Made by a program: the position numbers and the translations under genes. From NCBI GenBank assembly GCA_035549595.1, contig DASZQQ010000475.1, positions 1-36,241 on the forward strand: a DNA stretch of 36,241 bases, given 5' to 3'. The DNA comes from Caulobacteraceae bacterium. Lineage in GTDB: Bacteria > Pseudomonadota > Alphaproteobacteria > Caulobacterales > Caulobacteraceae. The notes under the pieces were generated by a model. It saw only the letters and a program-made list of their open reading frames with translations. It had not been told where the DNA came from and searched no databases. Shown here piece after piece: positions 9,560-17,770 of this stretch; positions within the stretch are counted from its first letter, which is position 1; every line of letters begins with the position of its first letter.

Positions 9560-10105
9560 TTGGCAGACACCACTCGTCTGATGCAGCCCGAGCTGATCCT
9601 GGAGGTGGTCGCCGATGGCGGGCGGCTGTTCGTCCGCCCGGCGAAGACCAGGTTCGAGCAGATCCACCGCGCGGCGATGGGGGTGACATGGGACGCCTCC
9701 AGGGGGGCGCTCGCGAGCCCGGCCCGTATCGAGTGGACGCTGGTGCGATGGTTCGAGCAGGTTCTGGCCGCCGCCGCTTCTGAGTACGGCATTGCGCTTC
9801 ACACGGGCCCGACAACGTCGTGGACCGGCGTCACGGCCGACGAAGAGAAGCAGATGGCCGACTTCGCCGCGTCCGATTGGCTCGCGAAACGGATGGAAGC
9901 GCAAGCTGCTCTCAGTGCTGAACAGTTGTCCGAACTCAGGCTCAGGCAGGCTCTCTCCCTTGCAGCAGGCTGCTGGAGCGACGGCAGGTGGGCCGACTAC
10001 GTCTGCTGCCTGGCTCCAGTTCGCGACCTCCTGTCACCGGCTCAACGAACGCGGCTCCTCATCGCTGAGCGTCGCGCAATGACGTCTCCGGCGAATGACT
10101 GCTAG
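9560..10105 (+). CDS. Hypothetical protein with N-terminal region resembling integron cassette protein Hfx_Cass5 (start may be ATG 9581)
   Basis: I.EV..DGGRLFVRP....F..I.RAAM.V.WD......L.SP....W....WF..VLAAA..EYG..L.....T.W..V pattern recalled for that family; TAG inside element 10094-10120. Confidence 0.6.
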   Translation: MADTTRLMQPELILEVVADGGRLFVRPAKTRFEQIHRAAMGVTWDASRGALASPARIEWTLVRWFEQVLAAAASEYGIALHTGPTTSWTGVTADEEKQMADFAASDWLAKRMEAQAALSAEQLSELRLRQALSLAAGCWSDGRWADYVCCLAPVRDLLSPAQRTRLLIAERRAMTSPANDC

Positions 10106-10120
10106 AGGTCGCGCGCGGCG
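10094..10120 (+). repeat. Junction element
   Basis: AATGACTGC-TAG-AGGTCG-CGC-GCGGCG. Confidence 0.5.
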
Positions 10121-10221
10121 CGCCAGGCTGCAGACCTTCGATTGGCAAGCGCCACGTAGCCTGCGCGAACGTCGGGACAAGGTGGTGGTCTTCGGGCGTC
10201 TGCGCGTGCAACTATTTGGCA

Positions 10222-10788
10222 ATGCGCCGTTGCCTTGCACTTCTGATCGGTATCGCCGTGTTGACCTCCGCGGCGCATGCGGCCTCGGGCTCCGGCGCCT
10301 TCAGCGGCGCCTCCACGGACGTACTGGGCGCCTCACACGCCCGATCGCTCGCCGCCATCTCTGACGACGCTGTGCGTTTCAGCTCGTCGCCGGCGCTGGG
10401 CGGCCTCGGGTGGATCGTCGAACTGCACAAGACACCGAAGGGCGCGCAGGGAGAGGCGCTCTTCTTCGATGGCCATCCTTCCTTGGGATGGAGGAGGATT
10501 GGGTGGCTTCGCTTGGCGGCGTCGGACGCCAACTATGCGCGCTTGGTGGCAAGGATCGACGAGCTGCTTGGCCGTGGCGATCCCGAGGCGGCGGGCCCCC
10601 TGGTCATCTGCACCGACGGCCCCGGATACCTCACGGAACGCCGCCTGAACGGCAAGACTACGCGGCTGGGCGGGTTCTGCGGAGACCACCCGAACAACGA
10701 GATCGCTTCCATCATGGAAGGGGTCATCGCGCGCTTCGGGCCGCTACCCGGTCGCACTACGTCGGACCTTTCAGCGGACGGCCACTAG
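10222..10788 (+). CDS. Hypothetical exported protein
   Basis: Signal peptide MRRCLALLIGIAVLTSAAHA; ICTDGP...FCG Cys pair; TAG forms start of element 10786-10814. Confidence 0.7.
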   Translation: MRRCLALLIGIAVLTSAAHAASGSGAFSGASTDVLGASHARSLAAISDDAVRFSSSPALGGLGWIVELHKTPKGAQGEALFFDGHPSLGWRRIGWLRLAASDANYARLVARIDELLGRGDPEAAGPLVICTDGPGYLTERRLNGKTTRLGGFCGDHPNNEIASIMEGVIARFGPLPGRTTSDLSADGH

Positions 10789-10814
10789 GTCTGCGATGGT
10801 TCGAACCCCGACAT
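10786..10814 (+). repeat. Junction element
   Basis: TAGGTCTGC-GAT-GGTTCG-AAC-CCCGACAT. Confidence 0.55.
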
Positions 10815-10958
10815 CGCGCTGCGCCCCGAATCGGCCCCGGGCGACCACGCGCCAGGATCCAGACCTTCGACTACGCCGAGCTCTCCCGATCGTCGGTACG
10901 GGGTGCGTGGCAGACAATCGCGACGTATTCTTCCAACACGCCCTGCTTCGGAGGCGCA

Positions 10959-11414
10959 ATGCCCTGCCTGCTCGCTGTCGCTGCGATCTGTCTCCCCTGG
11001 GGTCAGCTGAATATCAGCGTTACAGACAACAGCATTGCGAGGGTCGCCACATTCAAATCCCCCACGGGCGAGGTGGCGATCTGGTTGTCGTCTGACAACA
11101 TTCCTTACGGCGATTGGGCTCACGCTCCACAGGTCTGTATCGGAGCGAAGTGCATGACGTACCGGCGCATCGACCGCAGCAACCCTGGATCGGCCAAGAC
11201 AACGCTCTTGTTCTGCCGGTCCGATGAGGCCTTGCCGGAACGCGTCGAGATCTCCGCACCCACTCCGAACCAGCGTGACCGCCTGCTCGCGAGCATGGCA
11301 CTCAAGCCGCCATTCGATGCGTCGAAGTCGCTCTCCCTGACCGCCTTCAGCGACACTGCGGCCGTCGGCGATAGTCGCGAGGAGCGTGTGCGCGGTGACG
11401 GGGCATGTCCTTAG
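10959..11414 (+). CDS. Hypothetical protein (possibly exported)
   Basis: GGAGG RBS then ATG 10959, MPCLLAVAAICLPWG...; TAG forms start of element 11412-11439. Confidence 0.6.
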   Translation: MPCLLAVAAICLPWGQLNISVTDNSIARVATFKSPTGEVAIWLSSDNIPYGDWAHAPQVCIGAKCMTYRRIDRSNPGSAKTTLLFCRSDEALPERVEISAPTPNQRDRLLASMALKPPFDASKSLSLTAFSDTAAVGDSREERVRGDGACP

Positions 11415-11439
11415 GTCCGCTAAAGGTCGTAAGCGGTCA
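11412..11439 (+). repeat. Junction element (best-conserved copy)
   Basis: TAGGTCCGC-TAA-AGGTCG-TAA-GCGGTCA; fills the whole gap between two convergent genes. Confidence 0.65.
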
Positions 11440-11889
11440 GCGGCGCGGAGTGATGCGGACCTCGGTCGCCTCTCGCTCCAGCTCACGAAGCAGTTCGCCA
11501 GCCTGCTCCACCCCTGCAGCCTTTGCCTTCTTCAACCAATGGATCGCACGCGCCTCTTGTGCCGCGTCGCCAGACCGCGCGAGGTCGAATCCGAGGTTGT
11601 ACTCAGCGGAGGCATTGCCGTTCCTGGCGCCAACGTTGAGCCAGTAAAGCTCTCGGGCATGATTGCCGTGGCAGATCCTCCAGTAGAGCGACAGCCGGAA
11701 GGCGGCTCCGCCATCGCCGCGAGCCGCCCTCTTCACCAGTTCGCCGACCTCGACTTGGCTGAGATCCCACCCGCCATTGCCAAAGACGACGTCCTCTGAG
11801 CTCGCGACGTTGGCAGGCGGCGCGGCGTCCTGCGCCCCAGGGTCGGGTCGACCGAACACCAATGCCGCGATGATCAAGTATGGCCCCAT
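11437..11889 (-). CDS. Sel1-like repeat protein, probably exported
   Basis: Hydrophobic N-terminus; AARGDGGAAFRL...YWL..GA.NGNASAEYNLG...A.HWLKKA..AG Sel1/TPR pattern. Confidence 0.7.
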   Translation of the reverse strand: MGPYLIIAALVFGRPDPGAQDAAPPANVASSEDVVFGNGGWDLSQVEVGELVKRAARGDGGAAFRLSLYWRICHGNHARELYWLNVGARNGNASAEYNLGFDLARSGDAAQEARAIHWLKKAKAAGVEQAGELLRELEREATEVRITPRR

Positions 11890-11944
11890 CAAGGTTGATT
11901 TCTATCAGGGTGCGGCCCCCTCGACTATTCTCAAGGTTGCCGTC

Positions 11945-12018
11945 AACGTCCGCAACGGGTTGGAGCATCCACTTTGGGTCGATTGTCACTGCTCGGGCAC
12001 ACGCGACAAGCGGACGTT
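11945..12018. repeat. Stacked junction elements between divergent genes
   Basis: AACGTCCGC-AAC-GGGTTG, CATCCAC-TTT-GGGTCG-ATT, and inverted AAGCGGACGTT (12008-12018) complementary to 11945-11953. Confidence 0.6.
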
Positions 12019-12119
12019 CGGCCTAGCCCCACCCGACATCGGCCGCCGGCCAGCCAATTCATCTCGCGCCGCAATTCCTAGTTGCGATATAACGTCATCC
12101 GTCGTCAGGGGGCAGCACG

Positions 12120-12833
12120 TTGGGATTGAAGTCGAACAGCGCCGCAATTGCGGTCGCCATCACCACTTTCGCGTCCTTCAGCCTTTTTGCTGGCGCCGCC
12201 CCCACGAGAAGCGAGCCGTCGCCGGCTGCGGCGAGCGATGTCCGGTTCAACGTAGACGGCAAGGCTTTTGTGTTTCCGGTTCCCGCCGGGACGTGCGTTC
12301 AGCCCTCGAACGGTCCGCTGACGCAGAAGTTGTCCGCGCTGATGACTGCGAGCCACTTTGAACTGGGCGCATTCACGATGCCCTGCGTCTCAGAAATGTC
12401 GAAGCCAGGGGGGTTGATGTGGGCATTCATCGCCTACCAGCCGCTACAAGCTCGGTCGCCCCTCAGTCGGCAAGAACTCATTCGCCGTGTTTATGCCAAC
12501 GTGCTTGCCCAATACAAAGAGAAAGAGAATTCAATAATGGCCAATACGGCCAACTCCATAGGCAATGCACTCGGGAATCCGGTATCAATTTCGGGAATTC
12601 CTGCGCCAATAGGATTTGACGAATACGGCATTTACAGCAAGGCTTTGATGACCGAACAAGTGGGCGCCGAATCCATTACCGCGAATACCGTCCAAGTTCA
12701 GACGTTCATGCACGGCTACTTGTTTGCCTATCAATGGATTGCGCGCCCCGGATCAGATGCAGACAGCACGGCGCTTCTGACGAAGGCCAAAATCGAAATG
12801 AGGCGGTTTGTGGAGGCAAACGATGGGAGATAG
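12120..12833 (+). CDS. Hypothetical exported protein, markedly AT-richer than host genes
   Basis: 237-aa ORF with signal-like N-terminus (AAIAVAITTFASFSLFAGA); start uncertain (TTG). Confidence 0.7.
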   Translation: MGLKSNSAAIAVAITTFASFSLFAGAAPTRSEPSPAAASDVRFNVDGKAFVFPVPAGTCVQPSNGPLTQKLSALMTASHFELGAFTMPCVSEMSKPGGLMWAFIAYQPLQARSPLSRQELIRRVYANVLAQYKEKENSIMANTANSIGNALGNPVSISGIPAPIGFDEYGIYSKALMTEQVGAESITANTVQVQTFMHGYLFAYQWIARPGSDADSTALLTKAKIEMRRFVEANDGR

Positions 12834-12845
12834 TAGCGAGGCCGC

Positions 12846-13367
12846 ATGAAGCTCTACTATGTCGGTCCGAACTGCGACCCGGAGACGATGAGCGAGGCTG
12901 CGATCGAGGCGGTGACGAGCGCCGCCATCGAGCCGATCGCGAATCTCGTCTGGCGCCACTTGGGCGTCGATGGCTTCAGGGCGTTGATCGGTCTGACCGT
13001 GCTGAACCGACCGTGGCCGGATCCGACCCCCGACCTCGTGCCTCCATACCCACCCCTCGAGGCCGGCCAGGAAGCGTTCGGGCGCTATCGCGTAAGCCGC
13101 TTCGCTTCAGACGAGGAGGTGCGCGCGGCCCTGTTGAACATGGGTAACCCCAACCCGCGACCATCACCGATGTTCTTCCTCGTGCGGTCGATCCTCAGCT
13201 GCCGGTCCGTAACCTATGGCTTCGACGGGCAGGCGTTCCTGTGCCTCCATACCGAAGACCCGGCTCCGACGTCGCCCGACCCGGCCCTTGTCGTCGTTTG
13301 GGAGGCGACGGAGCTTATCACCCAGACGGACTACCTGGACGGCGTTGCGAGAATTGAGGACTGGTGA
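12846..13367 (+). CDS. Hypothetical protein
   Basis: 173-aa ATG ORF after GAGG; ends 3 nt before element 13371-13397. Confidence 0.7.
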   Translation: MKLYYVGPNCDPETMSEAAIEAVTSAAIEPIANLVWRHLGVDGFRALIGLTVLNRPWPDPTPDLVPPYPPLEAGQEAFGRYRVSRFASDEEVRAALLNMGNPNPRPSPMFFLVRSILSCRSVTYGFDGQAFLCLHTEDPAPTSPDPALVVVWEATELITQTDYLDGVARIEDW

Positions 13368-13370
13368 TTT

Positions 13371-13397
13371 CAGGCCGCAATGGGTCGCGCCGGATGT
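13371..13397 (+). repeat. Junction element at right end of array
   Basis: CAGGCCGC-AAT-GGGTCG-CGC-CGGATGT. Confidence 0.55.
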
Positions 13398-13403
13398 CCG
13401 ACC

Positions 13404-14075
13404 CTAGTCCTTCAGCACCGGCGCCGGGAGGCGGCCGTCGCGGAGCGCGAGGATGGTCTGGGAGATCAGGGCGCGCAGGAGGGCGCGGCGGCGTTCGTCG
13501 TCCCAGACGTCCTTGTTGAGCAGCAGGCCCTCCATGGCCGCGATGCAGAAGTCCATGGAGAGCTCGTAGAGGTCGAGCTTGTCCTGCCACTCGGGAAACG
13601 AGGCGAGCACCTTCTCACGCTCGACGCGCACGAAGCGGTGCGCCTTGGGCAGGAAGATCTCGCGCAGCTCGTCGTCGGTGCGCGCGGCGACCGACAGTTC
13701 GAGGTAGGCGGCGAACTCGCGGCTGAGCACGCTTTGCCAGTAGAGCTCGATGCCGGCGTGTTCGCGCACGCGGGCGTCTTCGCTGAGGGCGTCGATGCGC
13801 TGGGTGAACTGCTCCATGCGCTTGAAGAAGGTGTAGTCGATGACCGCCGCGATCAGCTCCTGCTTGGTCGCGTAGTGGTGCAGCATGGCGCCGCGCGAGA
13901 TCTCGGCCGTCTGGGCGATCATCTGCGTCGTGGTGCGGGCGTAGCCGTGCTTTTCCAGGCAGTCGATCGCCGCTTCCAGGATGGCGATGCGCGTCTGGAT
14001 ACTCTTGCGCTGCTGCCATCCCTGGCCGGCGGTTGCGAGCCCCTCCGGCTCGAGCTCCGCCAAACTGTCGTCCAT
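13404..14075 (-). CDS. TetR/AcrR-family transcriptional regulator
   Basis: TRIAILEAAIDCL.KHGYARTTTQMIAQTAEISRGAMLHHYATKQEL HTH. Confidence 0.93.
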   Translation of the reverse strand: MDDSLAELEPEGLATAGQGWQQRKSIQTRIAILEAAIDCLEKHGYARTTTQMIAQTAEISRGAMLHHYATKQELIAAVIDYTFFKRMEQFTQRIDALSEDARVREHAGIELYWQSVLSREFAAYLELSVAARTDDELREIFLPKAHRFVRVEREKVLASFPEWQDKLDLYELSMDFCIAAMEGLLLNKDVWDDERRRALLRALISQTILALRDGRLPAPVLKD

Positions 14076-14212
14076 TCTTTCACTCCTGGCGCGTCGCCCG
14101 GCCCGGCCGCGCCGTTGGAAAATCCCCGAATTGATGCGCCCGCCGCAGCCCCCTGATCACGACCGGCGCGCTGAAATACCGACTCGTCAGACGGTTTCCA
14201 ACAGCGACCGGG

Positions 14213-15406
14213 TTACAGCCCCAGCGCCGCCCTGGCCAGGATGTTCCGCTGCACCTCGCTGGAACCGCCGTAGATGGTGTTCGCGCGCGTGTTGAAATAG
14301 CGGGCCGTGGGCGTGGCTGCATGTTCGGCGCCCACCGGCGGCTCGTTGGCCCCCGCGCCCAGCGCCGAACGCTGATCGGGAAAGGCGTAGATGCCCAAGG
14401 CCTCGACCGCCAGTTCGGTCACCAGCTGCATGGTCTCCGTGCCCTTCAGCTTCAGCATCGAAGCGATCGAGTCGCCGGCCGCGCCCCCGGTCGAAAGCGC
14501 CGAGACGACCCGCCGCTCGGTGACGTCGACCGCGGCGATCTGACACTCCAGTTCGGCCATGCGCCGGCGGAAGTCCGGATCGCGCCACACCTCGCCCTCG
14601 GCCTTCGCGATCGCGCGCACCTGGCGCATCGCCCCCTTCAGGCGCGAGGCGTAGGAGCCGCCGCCGCGCTCGAACTCCAGCAGGTACTTGGCCACCGTCC
14701 AGCCCTTGTTCTCCTCGCCCACCCGGTTGGCGACGGGGATGCGGACGTTGTCGAAGAAGCACTGGTTGACCTCGTGCTCGCCGGCGATGGTGATGATCGG
14801 GCGCACCGAGAGGCCGGGGGTGGCCATGTCGAGCAGCAGGAAGGTGATGCCGGCCTGGGGCTTGCCCTCCGTGGCGGTGCGCACCAGCAGGAACATCCAG
14901 TTGGCCGCGTGGGCGTGGGTGGTCCAGATCTTGGTCCCGTTGACGACGTAGTGGTCGCCGTCGCGCTCGGCGCGGCACTGCAGCGAGGCCAGGTCCGAGC
15001 CGGAGCCGGGCTCGGAGTAGCCCTGGCACCAGTAGTGTTCGCCCGAGAGGATGCGGGGCAGGAAGAAGGCCTTCTGCTCGGGCGTGCCGTAGCCCATCAG
15101 CACCGGGCCGCAGAGCTGCAGCCCCATGGCCGGCAACGCCGGGGCGCCCGCCTCGGCGAGCTCGGACTCGTAAAGGTAGCGCTGAACAGGGGTGAAGCCG
15201 GGGCCGCCGTATTCCCTGGGCCAGGCCGGCGCGATCCAGCCCTGCTCGTAGAGGATCCGGTGCCAGGTGCCGGCCAGCTCCGGCTCGGCGAAGACCCCGG
15301 CCTGGCGGGCCGCGGCCGCGCGCAGGTCGGGCGTGAAGCGGCGCTCCAGGAAGTCGCGGACCTCCTGCCGGAAGGCCAGGTCCTCGGCCGCCAGGTCCAG
15401 GTGCAT
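14213..15406 (-). CDS. Acyl-CoA dehydrogenase
   Basis: WCQGYSEPGSGSDLASL, VNGTKIWTT, TIYGGSSEVQRNIL. Confidence 0.93.
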   Translation of the reverse strand: MHLDLAAEDLAFRQEVRDFLERRFTPDLRAAAARQAGVFAEPELAGTWHRILYEQGWIAPAWPREYGGPGFTPVQRYLYESELAEAGAPALPAMGLQLCGPVLMGYGTPEQKAFFLPRILSGEHYWCQGYSEPGSGSDLASLQCRAERDGDHYVVNGTKIWTTHAHAANWMFLLVRTATEGKPQAGITFLLLDMATPGLSVRPIITIAGEHEVNQCFFDNVRIPVANRVGEENKGWTVAKYLLEFERGGGSYASRLKGAMRQVRAIAKAEGEVWRDPDFRRRMAELECQIAAVDVTERRVVSALSTGGAAGDSIASMLKLKGTETMQLVTELAVEALGIYAFPDQRSALGAGANEPPVGAEHAATPTARYFNTRANTIYGGSSEVQRNILARAALGL

Positions 15407-15422
15407 CCGCTCGTCCTCCCCG

Positions 15423-15489
15423 CCAGATCAAAAGTTCGAGCGCGTTCTGATCGCAAAACCGGGTTCCACTTTTGCGGAACGCGCTCTGG
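15423..15489. repeat. Bru-RS/CIR-like palindromic intergenic repeat
   Basis: GAGCGCGTTC-TGATCGCAAAACCGGGTTCCACTTTTGCG-GAACGCGCTC nested palindrome. Confidence 0.65.
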
Positions 15490-15546
15490 CGGCCCCTCGG
15501 TTTCCGATGGACGAACCGCCGATCCCGACTCTATAGTCGCATCGAT

Positions 15547-15570
15547 AAAAAACAAGCACGCCGGCTTTTT
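15547..15570. promoter_or_regulatory. Putative operator 3 (divergent promoter)
   Basis: AAAAAACAAGCACGCCGGCTTTTT. Confidence 0.6.
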
Positions 15571-15599
15571 CTGACGGCGTGGCCAGACGGGAGAAGACC

Positions 15600-16361
15600 A
15601 TGGACCTGGGTCTCAAAGGGCTGAAGGCGATCCTGGCGGGCGCCAGCAAGGGCATCGGCCGCGCGACGGCGGAGGCCCTGGCGGCCGAGGGGTGCGACGT
15701 GGCGGTCTGCGCGCGCGGACAGGAGGGCGTCGACGCCACCGTGGCCTCGCTGAAGGCCAAGGGCGTCAAGGCGTACGGCGAAGCGGTCGACATGGCCGAC
15801 GGCGAGGCCTACCGCGCCTGGGTCGGCCGCGCGGCCGAGCAGCTCGGCGGCTGCGACATCTTCATCTCCTTCGCCTCGGCCGGCGGCGGCCCGGCCTCGG
15901 AGGCGACCTGGAAGGCGACCTTCAACCTCGACCTGATGGCGACCTTCCGCGGCGTCGAGGCCGCCCTGCCGTATCTCGAGAAGTCGAAGGCCGGCTCGAT
16001 CGTGGCCGTGGCCTCGACCGCGGCGCTGGAGGACTTCTTCGGCCCGCAGGCCTACAACGCCGTCAAGGCGGCGGTGATCAACTACGCCTCGGCGCTCAGC
16101 CAGCAGCTGGCCCCCAAGGGCATCCGCGTGAACACCGTCTCGCCGGGGCCGGTGTTCATCGACGGCGGCTCGTGGGACCAGATCAAGACGCACATGCGCC
16201 CGCTGTACGACCAGACGGTCAAGGCCGTGCCCATGGGCCGGCTGGGGACCGGCGAGGAAGTGGCCAAGGCGATCGCCTTCATGGCCTCGCCCGCCTGCCC
16301 GTTCATGACCGGGGCCAACGTCGTCATCGACGGCGGCGTCACCAAGCGCGTCCAGTTCTGA
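15600..16361 (+). CDS. SDR family oxidoreductase
   Basis: AGASKGIG, YNAVK, VNTVSPG, TGANVVIDGG. Confidence 0.92.
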   Translation: MDLGLKGLKAILAGASKGIGRATAEALAAEGCDVAVCARGQEGVDATVASLKAKGVKAYGEAVDMADGEAYRAWVGRAAEQLGGCDIFISFASAGGGPASEATWKATFNLDLMATFRGVEAALPYLEKSKAGSIVAVASTAALEDFFGPQAYNAVKAAVINYASALSQQLAPKGIRVNTVSPGPVFIDGGSWDQIKTHMRPLYDQTVKAVPMGRLGTGEEVAKAIAFMASPACPFMTGANVVIDGGVTKRVQF

Positions 16362-16374
16362 GGCGAGAGGAGCC

Positions 16375-17133
16375 ATGGCCGAGGCAAGCCGGCGGCGGCT
16401 GAGCGCCGTCCTGATCGCGGGCGGCAAGTACCACGACATCGACTTCGCGCGCCTGGAGCTCCTGAAGCTGCTGGCCGAGGACGACCGCGTGCGGGTGCGG
16501 GTGTTCGAGGACTATTCCAACCTCGCCGCCATCGAGGCGGCGGACTTCCTCGTCAGCTACACCTGCGACGTGACGCCGAGCCTCGTCGAGCAGGAGGCTC
16601 TGAGGCGCTACGTCGAGAACGGCGGGCGCTGGTACGCCCTGCACGGCACCAACTCGATCCTGCGCTTCCTGCAGAACGGCCTCGTCGACAGCCCGCGCTG
16701 GGCGCCGCACTTCATGCAGACCCTGGGCTCGATGTTCATCGCCCACCCGCCGATCGCCCCCTACAAGGTGACCGTGGCGAAGCCCGAGCACCCGCTGGTG
16801 AAGGGCGTGACGCCCTTCGACGCCACGGACGAACTCTACCTCTCCGAATACTACGGCGACCTCGAGGTGCTGCTGGAGACCGAGTTCGAGGGCGAGGCCA
16901 CCGGCTTCGTCGAGGCGAAGTGGGCCAAGGCCAAACACCCGGTCTTCTACCTGCACCCGGTCGGCAAGGGGGCGGTGCTGTACCTCACCCTCGGCCACTG
17001 CCGCGGCCACTACGACATGCAGCCGATGATCGAGTTCTATCCGGTCCCCGAGCGCGGCTCGTGGGAGCTGCCGGTGTTCTACGACCTGCTGCGCCGCGGC
17101 CTCGCCTGGGCCAAGGAACCGGGGCTCGCCTGA
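16375..17133 (+). CDS. ThuA-like (GATase1 fold) domain protein
   Basis: GGKYHD, GGRWYALHG, HPLVKG...F...DELY, GKGAVLYLTLGH. Confidence 0.82.
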   Translation: MAEASRRRLSAVLIAGGKYHDIDFARLELLKLLAEDDRVRVRVFEDYSNLAAIEAADFLVSYTCDVTPSLVEQEALRRYVENGGRWYALHGTNSILRFLQNGLVDSPRWAPHFMQTLGSMFIAHPPIAPYKVTVAKPEHPLVKGVTPFDATDELYLSEYYGDLEVLLETEFEGEATGFVEAKWAKAKHPVFYLHPVGKGAVLYLTLGHCRGHYDMQPMIEFYPVPERGSWELPVFYDLLRRGLAWAKEPGLA

Positions 17134-17456
17134 TGTCGACGTATCTGCACGTCACCCTGGAGGTGAAGGCCGCGGGCCTGGCCAGGTTCATGGGCGCGAT
17201 GGGCGAGGCCGTTCCGATCCTGGAGGCCCAGGGCTGGAAGCTGGCCGGCGCCTTCGTGCAGCGGACGGGACGGCTCAACACCGTCATCGACCTCTGGGAG
17301 CTGGACGACTTCGGCCATTTCGACCGCGGCCTGAAGGCGTTCCTGGCCCATCCGAGCTTCGCCGGGATCAAGGCCGTGCTCGACGACACTGTGCTCAGCG
17401 AGACGATCGTCTTCGCCGACAAGGCCCCCTACATGCGGCAGGACAATCGCGCATAG
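17133..17456 (+). CDS. NIPSNAP-family protein
   Basis: TGATG coupling to upstream gene; GWKLAGAF...TGRLNTVIDLWE pattern. Confidence 0.75.
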   Translation: MSTYLHVTLEVKAAGLARFMGAMGEAVPILEAQGWKLAGAFVQRTGRLNTVIDLWELDDFGHFDRGLKAFLAHPSFAGIKAVLDDTVLSETIVFADKAPYMRQDNRA

Positions 17457-17494
17457 AGCCCGTCGGCTTCTCGAGCGCTGGATCAGACTAGTAA

Positions 17495-17728
17495 GGCGAC
17501 CTCTGGGCGCCCTTCTCCCCACGCGGGAGAAGGTGTCGCCGCAGGCGACGGATGAGGGGGCTCCCCGGCCTGTCGGCTCCAGCGTAGGCTGCCGAAGCCA
17601 TTGATTTAGAAGGACACTCGACCGGCCTGGGGCGAGTCCGCTTCACGGCAAGCGCCGGGGAGCCCCCTCATCCGACGGCTTCGCCGCCACCTTCTCCCGC
17701 GTGGGGAGAAGGGACGCCAGAGGTCACC
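17495..17728. repeat. MITE/REPIN-like element, copy 1
   Basis: ~70-bp inverted arms GACCTCTGG..CCTTCTCCCCACGCGGGAGAAGGTG..CGGATGAGGGG / CCCCTCATCCG..CACCTTCTCCCGCGTGGGGAGAAGG..CCAGAGGTC; second copy at 32973. Confidence 0.85.
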
Positions 17729-17770
17729 CGGTCCTCTGTCCGAAGGCGCAGGACCGCCGGCGCTCCCCGC

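Larger units (their letters stand above)
8492..13397. mobile_element. Putative gene-cassette array with short hairpin junction sites, no integrase in window
   Basis: About 8 small unrelated ORFs with AT-richer codon usage, separated by ~10 copies of a GTCCGC-N3-GGGTCG-N3-GCGG-like element. Confidence 0.55.

Noticed and set aside
10410-10958. Upstream part of the 334-aa ORF 10410-11414
   Set aside because: Overlaps gene 10222-10788 and junction elements; GGAGG+ATG at 10959 is the more credible start
8492-13397. Classical integron/CALIN or CRISPR interpretation of the array
   Set aside because: No intI, no RYYYAAC...GTTRRRY attC ends seen after the genes, repeats are degenerate and separated by whole genes, and there are no cas genes
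14172-14200. GAAATACCGACTCGTCAGACGGTTTCC upstream of tetR as a sixth operator
   Set aside because: Partially palindromic but too poor a match to the CAAGC/GCTTG consensus to call by eye
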